Of a stretch of 64,000 nt of DNA, positions 62,725 to 64,000 are shown in pieces. The translations under genes and the position numbers were made by a program. Origin of the DNA: Ginglymostoma cirratum (lineage: Eukaryota). The notes under the pieces were generated by a model. It did no database searches and was not told where the DNA came from. It saw only the letters and a program-made list of their open reading frames with translations. Location: positions 42,100,578-42,164,577 of the forward strand of contig JAHRHZ010000289.1 of assembly GCA_024137785.1 (NCBI GenBank), read 5' to 3'. How positions within the stretch are numbered: position 1 is the stretch's first letter; each line of letters opens with the position of its first letter.

Positions 62725-63699
62725 TCAAATAACGACCTGTTAATTTGTGCTTTAATGATGTTGACTGAAGGGTAAATATTGATCACAGTGGTGGGGATAT
62801 TTCCCTGCTCTTCTTCAAACAGTGTTCACATCTGAAGAGGTAAACAGAACCCTTGGTTTCATCCAAAAGACAGCACCTCTGACAGCGCAGTGTGCCCTCC
62901 ACAATATTGTTAACTCTAACTGGGAATGTGTTTCTCAAGGTTTCATCAACTGAGGTGGACTAGCCCCATAAAACTGTGGCTGCGAGAGCAGGTCAGAGAC
63001 TGGGAATCCTGCAGTGAGTAATGCTGACTCCTGACTCCCCAAAATATGTCTGCCCTCTCAACACTGCCCCGAGTGTGATGGAATACTCTGCATGAAGGCA
63101 AGTCCTGCAACATGCAAGAAGCTCAACACCATTTACATCAAAGCAGATTGAGCAGTCTCAGCCTGTCCCCCTTCACCATCCGCTCCCTCCACCACCGATG
63201 TTCAGTTGCAGCAGTGTGTACCATCTACAAGATGCGCTGCAGCAGCTCACCAAAGCTCCATAGAGAGTATTTTCCAAATCCTTCTGCCATCTAGAAGGAT
63301 GAGGGCAGGAGACAAATAGAATACCATGGCCTGAAAGATCCTTCTCAATCCACCCACCATCCTGACTAAGACATATGTCACTGTTCCTTCAATGTCATGG
63401 GGTCAAAATCCTGGAACTCCCTCCCTAATGGTGTTGTGGGTCTACCCGCACCATATGGACTGCCAGTTTTTCAAGGGACAATTAAAGATGTGGAATAAAT
63501 GCCAGCCCAGCCAACAACAGCCACATCCTAATAATAAGCTTTTTTTAAAACTTAGTTTAGCATACGGTGAGGGTGCACTCTTATTCTCAATGGCTCTGAC
63601 ACTATAAGACCTTGTGTAACCTGTTTTCGTTCTTCCCCAGCTTTCTCTAGGCACTGACTGGCAATAGTTACCCACTCACCAAAGTCTCTCTGGTTTCCC

Positions 63700-64000
63700 T
63701 GTCAAGAAAATTGTTTTCCATACATGACCCCAAGGCAATTAAACATGTGCGAGCTGGTCACCCATGATCGCATTTCCTTTTGCGACACTGGATAGCAGGA
63801 GCAGGGTTCCAGGTTTGATTCTATGTACATCCCATCACTACAGCCTGCCCCCTCAAGCCTCTTGCACACCCTCTTTTCCAAGCACCGTCCCCCCAAGCCC
63901 ATGCCCACATCCCACAGCCCTCCCTCTAGTCTCCAGTCTCCTCCAAACCTATTGTTCCTACCTGTCCCCATGAACCCCCTTCCCTCCACTCACCACTACC
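63700..64000 (+). mobile_element. Decayed Penelope-like internal fragment
   Basis: Similar to the reverse complement of ~370-700 (region between RT thumb and endonuclease). Confidence 0.55.

Overview
Eukaryotic, repeat-rich genomic DNA, most likely from a shark (elasmobranch), inferred from the HE1-type tRNA SINEs, CR1-type LINEs and Penelope-like elements. The right half holds the MHC class II invariant chain gene (CD74/Ii) on the minus strand. I reconstructed 8 well-supported coding exons plus a probable terminal exon (57043 to 34031, about 309 aa with the thyroglobulin exon). All junctions are GT-AG and phase-compatible. The gene has an extra 84-nt exon before the thyroglobulin type-1 exon whose Met-rich peptide resembles a second CLIP, and ~680-bp near-identical direct repeats bracket the thyroglobulin exon. 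The window also carries about 20 minimal hammerhead-ribozyme motifs or remnants from three Penelope-like families. Many sit in short non-coding fold-back insertions with 12-17-bp target-site duplications, and one intact copy lies in sense orientation in CD74 intron 1. The left half is mostly repeats, with weak candidate exons of an unidentified gene and several immune-type enhancer motifs. Most ORFs in the supplied track are spurious or retroelement fragments.
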